A DNA stretch of 64,000 bases from Spirochaetia bacterium (lineage in GTDB: Bacteria; Spirochaetota; Spirochaetia; SZUA-6; Bin103), in contig OZ241863.1 in NCBI GenBank assembly GCA_965203055.1, forward strand, positions 2,368,001-2,432,000, written 5' to 3'. A program made the position numbers and the translations under genes. This document shows positions 44,292 through 56,352 of the stretch, piece after piece (position 1 is the stretch's first letter; every line of letters begins with the position of its first letter). The notes under the pieces are model-generated. The model saw only the letters and a program-made list of their open reading frames with translations. It made no database searches and was not told the DNA's origin.

Positions 44292-47709
<3,418 letters not shown>

Positions 47710-47832
47710 CAGCTTCGTAACTCCCGCGTGCGCTCCGCGCAGCCCAATTTGATCGTGACCTTGGACTGCCCGCCTGTCAAGCCAACCGACAGCGTTACAC
47801 CGTTCGATCATGCTATGCTAGGGCCACCACGC

Positions 47833-48828
47833 ATGCCGGGCGACCTGCACCAGCCGCATGACAGTCTGTTTCGCAAGGTGTTCTCCGAGCCGGCCGAAGC
47901 GGCTGGCTTGCTGCGCACCTGCGTGCCCCCATGGCTCGCCGGTACGCTGGACTGGTCCAGCTTGACCCTGATGAACGCCAGCTACGTGGACGACGACCTG
48001 CGGGCCAGCGAGTCTGACCTGCTGTACGCCGTCGAGCAGCGCCCAGGAGCCACGGAGCCGGGAGAGGCGCGGCGTTCGCTCCGGCTCTATCTGCTGTTCG
48101 AGCATCAATCGATGCCGGACCGGTTGATGCGCTTCCGGCTGCTCAAGTACTGCTGCCGCATCTGGGATGATTTCTTGCGCTCCGACGAAGCGAAGGGGAC
48201 GCCGGACTTGCCGCCGATCGTGCCACTGGTGTTCTATCAAGGTAAGTCCCGCTGGCACCATGCGACCCAGTTCAGCGACTTGTTTGCGGAACCGGTCCGG
48301 CGCTGGCCCTGGACGCCGCAGTTCACGCACCTGCTGGTGGACCAGTCGCGGATCGGCGTGGAAGCGGTACCCGGCGAAACCTTGGGCCGGGCCGCGCAGC
48401 TTGCGCTGATGGCGGCGGCGCGCCGCGAAGTGGGGGCGGCGCTGGCGCGGGCGGTGCAGCTCATGGGAGAGTTGGGCCGGGCGGGTCAGAGCGAACGGTT
48501 CCGGCCGGTGGTGTTCTACGTGCTCCACACCCAGGATAAGGAGACGTTGCGGGAGTTCGAAGCGGCGCTGCGGCGGGCAGTACGGGGACCAGGAGGAGAT
48601 TTGATGACGTATGCGGAGGAGCTGATCCAGGAAGGCCGGCAGGAAGGCCGGCAGGAAGGCCGGCAGGAGGGCCGGCAGGAAGGCCGGCAGGAAGGCCAAG
48701 TAGTCACGATCGAGAGTTTTCTGCGCGCCGGCGTCGGCTGGCCAATCATCAAGCAGGCCACCGGCATCGACCAGGAGGAGTTCGAGTTGCTCCGCCGCCG
48801 GAACCACGGGTCAGATCGGGAGTCCTGA
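47833..48828 (+). CDS. Rpn/YhgA-like PD-(D/E)XK nuclease (long form)
   Basis: HQPHDSLF, SDLLY, LFEHQS, MRFRLL.Y, LPPIVPLVFYQG, MTYAEELIQEG, QEGR repeats. Confidence 0.92.
   Translation: MPGDLHQPHDSLFRKVFSEPAEAAGLLRTCVPPWLAGTLDWSSLTLMNASYVDDDLRASESDLLYAVEQRPGATEPGEARRSLRLYLLFEHQSMPDRLMRFRLLKYCCRIWDDFLRSDEAKGTPDLPPIVPLVFYQGKSRWHHATQFSDLFAEPVRRWPWTPQFTHLLVDQSRIGVEAVPGETLGRAAQLALMAAARREVGAALARAVQLMGELGRAGQSERFRPVVFYVLHTQDKETLREFEAALRRAVRGPGGDLMTYAEELIQEGRQEGRQEGRQEGRQEGRQEGQVVTIESFLRAGVGWPIIKQATGIDQEEFELLRRRNHGSDRES
48604..48828 (+). CDS. Putative internally translated small Rpn C-terminal protein (antitoxin-like, 74 aa)
   Basis: AGGAGG at 48591-48596, 7 nt before in-frame ATG 48604. Confidence 0.65.
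   Translation: MTYAEELIQEGRQEGRQEGRQEGRQEGRQEGQVVTIESFLRAGVGWPIIKQATGIDQEEFELLRRRNHGSDRES
48628..48696 (+). repeat. 12-bp tandem repeat encoding QEGR
   Basis: caggaaggccgg x5 plus a partial copy. Confidence 0.95.
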
Positions 48829-48932
48829 TTCAGTTCAGCCACACCCCACTGGTCGTTCAGTAGCGCGACAATCAGGGTGAGAAGCGGCGGGCGGCGTGGC
48901 CGCTTCGCTACCGGGGCGCTATGATTCGGGCC

Positions 48933-50762
48933 ATGCCTGCCACTACCCGCCCGCCCGCTGCCCGACCGCCCGCCGCGCGCGGCGCCATTCGGATCGACAC
49001 GCCGTTGCCGCCGCCGCCGTGGGCCGTCATGCAGCGCGCCTTGCTGCAAGCCCAGGCGCCGGCGCTGGAGGCGTTCTACGCCAAGTACTTCGACGAGCGC
49101 GGCTACCTGCGCTGCGTGCCGCGCTGGGGCGGCGACGACGGCGCCGACGATGCGGCCGAGAACTTCACCGGCTGGACCCTGCTGTACGCGCTCGGCGCCG
49201 ACCAAGTGGTGCTGGAGCGTTACCTGGCGGCGTGGGAAGGGCACCTGCGGCAATACACCGAAGCGCGCACCGTGGAGGTGGAGTTCGCCCGCGACGGCAT
49301 GTACTTCAAGGAGTTCCCGGTGATGTTCGACTGGGGACACAACGGCGAGGGGTTCAACGCCTTCTTCCTGCAGGGGTTGTGCACCCCGTACGACGCCGCC
49401 TTCCAGGCGCGAACGCGGCGCTACGCCGGCTTCTACCTGAACGAGGACCCGATCGCCGGGAACTACGACCCGCACCACCGGGTGATCCGCAGCATGTTCA
49501 ATGGCAGCCGCGGACCGCTGCTGCGCAAGGCCACCGCCCTGGACTGGGCCGGCGACCCGATCGAGATCGAGGGCCGCTTCAAGCCGGGTCACCGGGAGCG
49601 CAGCTACCGGCAGATGCTGGCCCACTTCGCCGAGTACACTGACGTCGTGGGCGATCATCCGCTCAACCTGCAGACCACCACGCTCGCGCTCAACGCCTAC
49701 CTGATCGCCGGCGAGGCCAAGTACCGCGCCTGGATCGTAGAGTACGTGGACGCCTGGCGCGAGCGGACCGCGGCCAACGGCGGCGTCATCCCTACCAACG
49801 TGGGCCTGGACGGGACGCTCGGCGGCGCCTGCGGCGGCCGCTGGTGGGGCGGCACCTACGGCTGGGGCTTCACCATCGACGACTATCTGAACCCGGGCCG
49901 CGGCGGGCGCATCCACCGGCATTCGTTCATCGAGCGGGCGCCGCTGGCGTTCGGCAACGCCCTGCTCGCCACCGGCGATCAGGCCTACGTGGACACTTGG
50001 CGCGGGGTGATCGAAGCGGTGAACGCCAACGCCAAGGTAGTCGCCGGGCAGACCCTCTATCCGCACTGCTACGGCGAGGAGGAGGGCCGACCCGGCTGGT
50101 ACAACTACACCCCGGAGCCGTACGCCAACGGCGCGCTGCCGGTGTGGTTCTGGTCGATGCGGGAGGCGGACAAGAAGCTGCTCGCCGGCCACGAGTGGCT
50201 CCGCTACCTGGACGGCGCCAACCCGGACTACCCCCTGACGGCGCTGCAGCAGGAGTTCGCCGAACTGCGCCGCCGCGGGCAGCGGCTGTGGGCCGACACC
50301 GGCACTCCCGACACGCGCATGTCGGACGACTCGATGGACGCCAACCCGGCGCTTACCACCGCCCTCACCCGCCTGATGCTGGGAGGCTGCGAGCCGCGCC
50401 ACTACGGCTTTCCGCTGCACTGCCGGCTGCGCTACTTCGATCCCGAACGGCGGCGCCCCGGCATCCCGCCGGGCGTGGCGGCCCTGGTGGACAGCATGTC
50501 GGCGACCGAAGTGGCGGTGACGCTGGTCAACCTGGACCAGGTGAACGGGCGCTCGATGGTGATGCAGGCCGGCGCCTACGGCGAACACCGCTTCGGCGAG
50601 GTGCGCGCCGACAACGCGGGCGCCGGCGCGGCGCGGGCGGCCGTCGACCAGCCGTGGGTGACCGTGCGCCTGGAGCCGGGCTGCGGGGCGCGCCTGGTAT
50701 GCGAGCAGCACCGCTACGCGGAGCGGCCCACCTTCACGTTCCCCTGGGACCGCGACGAGTAG
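48933..50762 (+). CDS. Conserved-looking hypothetical enzyme (aromatic/acidic-rich, about 610 aa)
   Basis: Strong coding bias; WGGDDGADD, DWGHNGE, WWGGTYGW motifs; TATGAT -10 7 nt before ATG. Confidence 0.8.
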   Translation: MPATTRPPAARPPAARGAIRIDTPLPPPPWAVMQRALLQAQAPALEAFYAKYFDERGYLRCVPRWGGDDGADDAAENFTGWTLLYALGADQVVLERYLAAWEGHLRQYTEARTVEVEFARDGMYFKEFPVMFDWGHNGEGFNAFFLQGLCTPYDAAFQARTRRYAGFYLNEDPIAGNYDPHHRVIRSMFNGSRGPLLRKATALDWAGDPIEIEGRFKPGHRERSYRQMLAHFAEYTDVVGDHPLNLQTTTLALNAYLIAGEAKYRAWIVEYVDAWRERTAANGGVIPTNVGLDGTLGGACGGRWWGGTYGWGFTIDDYLNPGRGGRIHRHSFIERAPLAFGNALLATGDQAYVDTWRGVIEAVNANAKVVAGQTLYPHCYGEEEGRPGWYNYTPEPYANGALPVWFWSMREADKKLLAGHEWLRYLDGANPDYPLTALQQEFAELRRRGQRLWADTGTPDTRMSDDSMDANPALTTALTRLMLGGCEPRHYGFPLHCRLRYFDPERRRPGIPPGVAALVDSMSATEVAVTLVNLDQVNGRSMVMQAGAYGEHRFGEVRADNAGAGAARAAVDQPWVTVRLEPGCGARLVCEQHRYAERPTFTFPWDRDE

Positions 50763-51003
50763 CCGCGCTGCCGCTCACGGCAGGGTCGTGACGGTAGCTG
50801 AAGTCGATCCGAAAGGTGCGAAACGAATCGATGTAGGCGTGTTGCACTTCGCCGATCTCGCGGCACAGCTCACCCAACGTCAGGCTGCCGGCCGCCGGCC
50901 GAAAGCCAAGGTCCGCATCGGCCAACACCGCCAGAAGCTGCCGCCGCAACTCCTGCGTCGCGCTCAGCACTTCCCACTCCTCCCGCATGAACCCGGTCAT
51001 CAC
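50734..51003 (-). pseudogene. Truncated DinB-family protein
   Basis: LADADLGFRP...TLGELCREIGEVQHAY resembles DinB N-half; ORF runs into the convergent gene after about 80 aa. Confidence 0.6.
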
Positions 51004-51014
51004 CTACTCCCGAA

Positions 51015-51779
51015 TTAACGGCCGCCGCGAATAAACCCGTGCGAATCAATGTTGGTATACTCATTGAACCTATGCAGTAACCCAGGCCAATCGAAAACAT
51101 TGAAGGGACGATGCCGGCGATGCTTTACATCGAAATGAAATCCGACCGGTAGCCCGAAGGTCAGCTTATTGTTCCGCCAAGCCGCCAGCCCGTGGCTGCC
51201 ATGGCGCGCAGTCCTGCTCGTAAATAGTAGTTGATTAGCGTCGCACCATCCCTCGTGCGTCCGATGTACGCTACGGAAACGGGCGATGGCTGACTTAATC
51301 GAGTCAAGACTGTCTCGTGCGGCCTCATGAACATTACGAGCACGATCCCAAATATTACTCACCGAAGATTCGGCCGAGAACGCAGTTTCGGGAAGCAACA
51401 GTGGCGAGGAAATACCAGGCCTGATTATCGCACGCCAGCACTCCTCAAAGGCCAGAATATCGTCAATGGCTACGTCGAAAGCAGGTTGTCCGTACTCTGC
51501 GGATAGGGTACGAGGTAGCCATACCGCTCGGTAGGACCTGGACTTCAACTCCAAGAACCCCGGACGTTGGTCCTCTCTGTCGTGGGATAGAATAAGATGA
51601 ACACCGTCCGCCGGCGCCTGATCCGCTACGTTCATGATGCGAGACCATACGCCCCGTAGATCGGCATATCTGTCTTGGGCGCCCGGGAATACTTCGATTT
51701 TCCACCCTGGTCGTTCGAACTTTGATTTTGCTCGGCGGTATACCGCAATCGGTATCCCGGCGACGACCGCAAAGGGCAT
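51015..51779 (-). CDS. Uncharacterised protein with His-rich C-terminal domain (possible nuclease/toxin)
   Basis: Lower-GC ORF; PLLLP, RHGSHG, GFHFDV, YTNIDSHG; starts 5 nt after upstream stop. Confidence 0.75.
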   Translation of the reverse strand: MPFAVVAGIPIAVYRRAKSKFERPGWKIEVFPGAQDRYADLRGVWSRIMNVADQAPADGVHLILSHDREDQRPGFLELKSRSYRAVWLPRTLSAEYGQPAFDVAIDDILAFEECWRAIIRPGISSPLLLPETAFSAESSVSNIWDRARNVHEAARDSLDSIKSAIARFRSVHRTHEGWCDANQLLFTSRTARHGSHGLAAWRNNKLTFGLPVGFHFDVKHRRHRPFNVFDWPGLLHRFNEYTNIDSHGFIRGGR

Positions 51780-51784
51780 GTTTA

Positions 51785-52564
51785 CTATTTCTGAAGATCG
51801 TCCAGCATTGCCTCAACGGCCCGAATCGGGACACGGAGTTCCCGAATTTCGTCATCATTCAGGAATGGTGTCAATAGTGCCAGCGTACGATGGGGGGACT
51901 TAGAGACATGCAATCGGCGAAACCACGCGTCGCGAGGAGTCACGTGGTGTTCGCCGGCCCACTGAATGACCTGCTCCTTGATTTTTCCTTCCTGTGCCGA
52001 GACCCACTTGTCCAGCAGTCCGCGGGTTGTAACCTCCCGTCGAAAGTCGGACAACGGGTTTGCCGAAAGCAATGAATCTCGCAACGGCTGTTGAGCTTCG
52101 GGCGGCAGCGTTCCGATGAACTCGTTCCGATAGGAAATCAGACGATCCAGAGTTTGACTGCTTACTTCGATCGACGGACCTTCCGCTCGATGTTCGGGCA
52201 GAAATCTGTCCTTTGCGGGAACATATACGAATGGGACCTTGGAGATTCTCGTAAACGCTTGATATACGTCGCTGCGCAATCCACGGGATCCTGACGACGA
52301 TAGCCCTCCATGACCCGGATCGCGAGCCCCGTCCAGGCCGATAACGACGTCGCTTCCCGGCCTGATTTCCACGTTCACACCGGGAACATCTGCTACAAGC
52401 CGGGAGAAGGATGTGCCTGATTTTGCTACGTACCCAGCCACGTCGAAACCGGCCGAGTAACCGGCTCTAACCATATGTTCTCGCAATTTGGCGCCGGGAA
52501 TCATCACTTGTTCTGCGCCAAGGTCTTGTAATGCTTCTTTGGTGAGTATCTTCCAATCCGTCAT
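51785..52564 (-). CDS. Uncharacterised protein, N-terminus resembling OST-HTH/LOTUS winged helix
   Basis: IPGAKLREHM...FDV...SFSRLVADVPGV pattern (by eye); GAGG SD; lower GC. Confidence 0.75.
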   Translation of the reverse strand: MTDWKILTKEALQDLGAEQVMIPGAKLREHMVRAGYSAGFDVAGYVAKSGTSFSRLVADVPGVNVEIRPGSDVVIGLDGARDPGHGGLSSSGSRGLRSDVYQAFTRISKVPFVYVPAKDRFLPEHRAEGPSIEVSSQTLDRLISYRNEFIGTLPPEAQQPLRDSLLSANPLSDFRREVTTRGLLDKWVSAQEGKIKEQVIQWAGEHHVTPRDAWFRRLHVSKSPHRTLALLTPFLNDDEIRELRVPIRAVEAMLDDLQK

Positions 52565-52592
52565 CCTGGACCTCGATCGGACACTGAAGATG

Positions 52593-52772
52593 CAATGTGG
52601 GCTGACGAAACGTCAGCCCACATTGTGAAGCGGAAACAGCAACGCTTGCCTGATGAGCTGCTGGGACTTCGATGGACCGCTCGTGCTTAGGCACGGCAAG
52701 GATGCCTAAATGAGGGGGCCGTCCGGACAGCTCGAGGTTCCCCCGCACGAAATTGCCGATTGAAGGGGAATC
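52593..52772 (-). ncRNA. Candidate structured RNA / long 5' leader
   Basis: Three-way junction, interrupted stem-loop and a perfect 15-bp hairpin between promoter and ATG 52564. Confidence 0.45.
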
Positions 52773-52778
52773 AAAACG

Positions 52779-52807
52779 ATTATACGCATCGACAGGCAGA
52801 TTGTAAA
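52779..52807 (-). promoter_or_regulatory. Strong sigma70 promoter of the island
   Basis: TTTACA(52807-52802)-17-TATAAT(52784-52779). Confidence 0.75.
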
Positions 52808-52862
52808 GCAGGTGGATCCGGCCGGCCGAGCAAGCCGGTGGTCTTGTCGATAGCTCGCTTGG

Positions 52863-55800
52863 TCAGGTAGGGGGTCGGGCTTCGGCGGGGCGGGTGGCCG
52901 ACAGCGCGGCCGGGGCGGGAGCGGGCGGCCGGGGCGCGGGCGGCTCCGCTTCGGCCGCCGGAACCGGCGCCGGCGCCCGGCGGAAGATGCGGCCCACCCA
53001 GGCGTCCAGGTCGTCGAACAGGGAGTACAGCACCGGCACCACCAGCAGGGTCAGCAGCGTGGCGAAGGTCAGCCCGCAGATCACCGCTATCGCCATCGGG
53101 CTCCACCAGGCGGCCTGCTCACCGCCCCAGTAGAATTCGGGGTCGAGTGCCGTGTAGAGGCCCAGAAAGTCGAAGTTGAGGCCGATGGCCAGCGGCACCA
53201 GGCCGAGGATCGTGGTAATGGCGGTCAGGATCACCGGCCGGAAGCGGGTGATGCCGCCGCGCACGATCGCCTCGTCGCGCTCCCGGCCGTCGCGCCGGCG
53301 CAGCAGGTCGATGTAGTCGATCAGCACGATGGCGTTGTTGACTACCACGCCGGCCAGACTGATCACGCCCACCCCGGTCATCACCACCACGAACGGCATG
53401 CGGAACAGGGTGAGCCCGAGCAGCACGCCCACGGTGGACAGCACCACCGAGCTGATGATGATGATCGGCTTGGTCACCGAGTCGAACTGCGAGATCAGGA
53501 TGAACGCGATCAGGAAGGCCGCCAGCAGGAACGCCAGGAACAGAAATTCCTGCGACTCCTCCTGCTCCTGCTGCTGGCCGGTGAAGCGCAGCGTGTACCC
53601 GGTCGGCAGGGCGGCGGTGAACGGCGCCAGCGCCTCCCGCACTTCGGCCACCACCGCGTTGGCGTTGTATTCCGCGCGCACGTCCGACGAGACGGTCACG
53701 ACCCGGTCCAGATCCTTGCGGGTAACGTTGCCCAGGCCGCGGCTGATGCGCCAGCTCGCCACCGACGAAAGCGGGATCTGGGCGCCGCTGTTGGCCACCA
53801 CCACCAGGTCGCCGAGGGAGTCCAGGTCCTCGCGGTAGGCGGCCGCCAGCCGCACTCGTATGTCATACTCGTCGTCGCCGTCGCGGAAGGTGGACGCCAC
53901 GCGGCCGTTGATCGCGCTGCGGATGGTGTCGCCCACGTCCGCGGTACTCAGTTCGTGCAGCGCGGCGCGTTCGCGGTCCACCTCCACCACCAGCTCCGGC
54001 CGCCCGGCGGCCATGTCGCTCTTCAGGCCGTCCAGCTTGGCGAACAGCGGCGACTCTTCCAGCAGACGCACCACGCTGTCGCCCAGCCGCTTCAGCTCGG
54101 CGGCGTCGGAGCCGGCAATTTCGATGTTCACCGGCAATCCGGTCGGCGGTCCCTGCTCCGCCGCCTCCACCGTCACCGCGGCGCCGGCGACGCCGGCCCC
54201 CACGTCGGCGCGGATCGCCTGAATGGTCTGGAACACGTCGCGGGCGCGCTCCTCATAATCGACGAACTGCAAGGTCATCGCGGCTAGGTGACCGCCCCCG
54301 CCGCCCGCGGTGGCAACTACCGACTCCACGTCGTCCATCCCTTGCAGGGACGCGAGCTGCTCCTCCACGCCGCGCACCAGTTGGTCGGTCAGCCCCACCC
54401 GGGTACCGAGGGGAGCCTCCACGTTGATCCGCACCTGACTCGGCGGGATGTTTTCGGGAAAGAACTCGCTGCCGGTGCCGGCGGCGCCGAACAGCGCCAC
54501 CGCGCCGGCCAGCGTCAGCAGCGCCAGCACTACCATCACGGCCCGGCGCCGCAACGCCCAGCGCAGCACGGTCTCGTAGCGGCCCACGATCCACATCAGG
54601 CCGTGGAACATCAGCCAGCGGCCGCCCGGCTTGCCTACCAGATGGTAGAACGCCGCCACCCCCAGCGCCGTCGCCGCCAGCAGCGCCGCGGTTCGCCAGT
54701 CGGTCAGCGCCGCAGCCGCCAGGGCGCCGGCCGCGGCCACCAGGAACAGCACGCGCACCGCCGGCGGCAGCGCGCCCCGCGCCGCGCCCTCGGTCTCCAG
54801 CAGCCGCGACGCCAGCGTTGGCAGGATGATCAACGCCACGAACAGCGAAGAACTGAGCGTGATGATCAGGGTCAGCGGCAGAAACCTCATGAACTCGCCG
54901 ATCAGTCCCGGCCAGAAGGCCAGCGGCACGAACGCCGCCAGGGTGGTGGCGGTGGAAGCGATGATCGGCGTGGAGACCTCGCCGGTGGCGAAGCGGGCCG
55001 CGGCCACCCCGTCGTAACCGCGCTCGCGGTAGCGGTAGATGTTCTCCACCACCACGATGGCGTTGTCCACCAGCATGCCGAGGGCGAGGATCAGGCTGAA
55101 CAGCACCACGATGTTCAGGGTGAACCCGACCAGTTGCAGGACAACGAAGGAGATCAGCATCGACAGCGGGATCGCCATCCCGACGAACGGCGCGGTGCGC
55201 ACGCCGAGGAAGAACAGCAGCACCGCCACCACCAGCAGCAGCCCGGAGATGATGTTGTTCTCCAGGCTGCTCACCATGCCGCGAATGTCCTCCGACTGGT
55301 CGGAGGTAAAGTTGATCACGGTGCCGGGCGGCAGCGACGGGCGCGCCGCGGCGACCGCCTCCCGCACCGCCGCGGCGGTGGAAACGATGTTCGCGCCGCT
55401 GCGCTTGACCACCGCCAGGGAGATGACCGGGATGCCGTCCAGGCGCGCGAAGCTGTCGCGCTCCTTGAAGCCGAAGTCCACCTGCGCCACGTCGCGCACG
55501 TAGACCGGGCGGCCGGCGCGGGTTTCGATCACGATGTCGGCGATCGGCGCGGTCGCCTCGAACTCGCCCGGCACCCGCACCAGGTACTTGAGATCGCCGA
55601 CGTCGATCGAACCGCCGGGCACGGTGACGTTCTCGAAGCGCACCGCGTCGCTCACGTCTTCGAAGGCAAGGCCGTAGAACTTGAGCTTGGCGAGGTCGAC
55701 GTCCACGAATACCTCGCGCTCCAGCCCGCCGGAGAGCTGCGCCTCCAGCACGCTCGGAATCTGCTCGATGCGCTCCTGCAGCCCCTCGGCCACCTCCCGC

Positions 55801-56351
55801 AGCCGCACCTGATTGTACGGCCCGGCGACGTTGACCTGCATGATCGGGAACTGCGAGGTGTTGATCTCCACGATCTGCGGCTCGTTGGCGGCGCCGGGCA
55901 GCTCCACCTTGGCCAGATCCACCTTCTCCCGCACCCGCTGCAACGCCTCGGTCATGTTCATGCCGGCTTCGAACTCGACGTTGATGCCGGAAAACCCTTC
56001 GCGCGAGGTGGAGGAGATGGTCTTCACATCCGCAATCGTGTTCAGCTCCTCTTCCAGCGGCCGCGTCACCAGCGTCTCGACGTCGCCCGGCGCCACGCCG
56101 GCGTACACCGTATTGACGATGATGTTGGGGATCACGATTTCCGGACTCGCCTCGCGCGGGATCTGTGAGTAGGAGATGAAGCCGCCGGCGATCAGGATCA
56201 GGGTGAGCACCACCACGCTGGTCGGATGGCGGATGGCGAAGGAGGTGAGGGCGAATTCCTTGAGCCGACCCTCGGCGCCCGCGGCGGCCTCGCCGCCGGC
56301 GCGGGGAGCCGCCCCGTTGCCGCCGCGCGCCTCTGCCGTGACCTGCGCCAT
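52863..56351 (-). CDS. RND efflux permease (AcrB/AcrD/AcrF family)
   Basis: GMLVDNAIVVVENI, GVVVNNAIVLID, RFRPVILT; 1162 aa. Confidence 0.96.
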   Translation of the reverse strand: MAQVTAEARGGNGAAPRAGGEAAAGAEGRLKEFALTSFAIRHPTSVVVLTLILIAGGFISYSQIPREASPEIVIPNIIVNTVYAGVAPGDVETLVTRPLEEELNTIADVKTISSTSREGFSGINVEFEAGMNMTEALQRVREKVDLAKVELPGAANEPQIVEINTSQFPIMQVNVAGPYNQVRLREVAEGLQERIEQIPSVLEAQLSGGLEREVFVDVDLAKLKFYGLAFEDVSDAVRFENVTVPGGSIDVGDLKYLVRVPGEFEATAPIADIVIETRAGRPVYVRDVAQVDFGFKERDSFARLDGIPVISLAVVKRSGANIVSTAAAVREAVAAARPSLPPGTVINFTSDQSEDIRGMVSSLENNIISGLLLVVAVLLFFLGVRTAPFVGMAIPLSMLISFVVLQLVGFTLNIVVLFSLILALGMLVDNAIVVVENIYRYRERGYDGVAAARFATGEVSTPIIASTATTLAAFVPLAFWPGLIGEFMRFLPLTLIITLSSSLFVALIILPTLASRLLETEGAARGALPPAVRVLFLVAAAGALAAAALTDWRTAALLAATALGVAAFYHLVGKPGGRWLMFHGLMWIVGRYETVLRWALRRRAVMVVLALLTLAGAVALFGAAGTGSEFFPENIPPSQVRINVEAPLGTRVGLTDQLVRGVEEQLASLQGMDDVESVVATAGGGGGHLAAMTLQFVDYEERARDVFQTIQAIRADVGAGVAGAAVTVEAAEQGPPTGLPVNIEIAGSDAAELKRLGDSVVRLLEESPLFAKLDGLKSDMAAGRPELVVEVDRERAALHELSTADVGDTIRSAINGRVASTFRDGDDEYDIRVRLAAAYREDLDSLGDLVVVANSGAQIPLSSVASWRISRGLGNVTRKDLDRVVTVSSDVRAEYNANAVVAEVREALAPFTAALPTGYTLRFTGQQQEQEESQEFLFLAFLLAAFLIAFILISQFDSVTKPIIIISSVVLSTVGVLLGLTLFRMPFVVVMTGVGVISLAGVVVNNAIVLIDYIDLLRRRDGRERDEAIVRGGITRFRPVILTAITTILGLVPLAIGLNFDFLGLYTALDPEFYWGGEQAAWWSPMAIAVICGLTFATLLTLLVVPVLYSLFDDLDAWVGRIFRRAPAPVPAAEAEPPAPRPPAPAPAALSATRPAEARPPT

Positions 56352-56352
56352 G

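Noticed and set aside
48628..48696. 12-bp repeat as CRISPR or independent element
   Set aside because: In-frame QEGR coding repeat typical of Rpn proteins.
52630..52755. Hammerhead ribozyme (CTGATGA and GAAA on plus strand)
   Set aside because: Spacing does not allow the required three stems, and it is antisense to the promoter.
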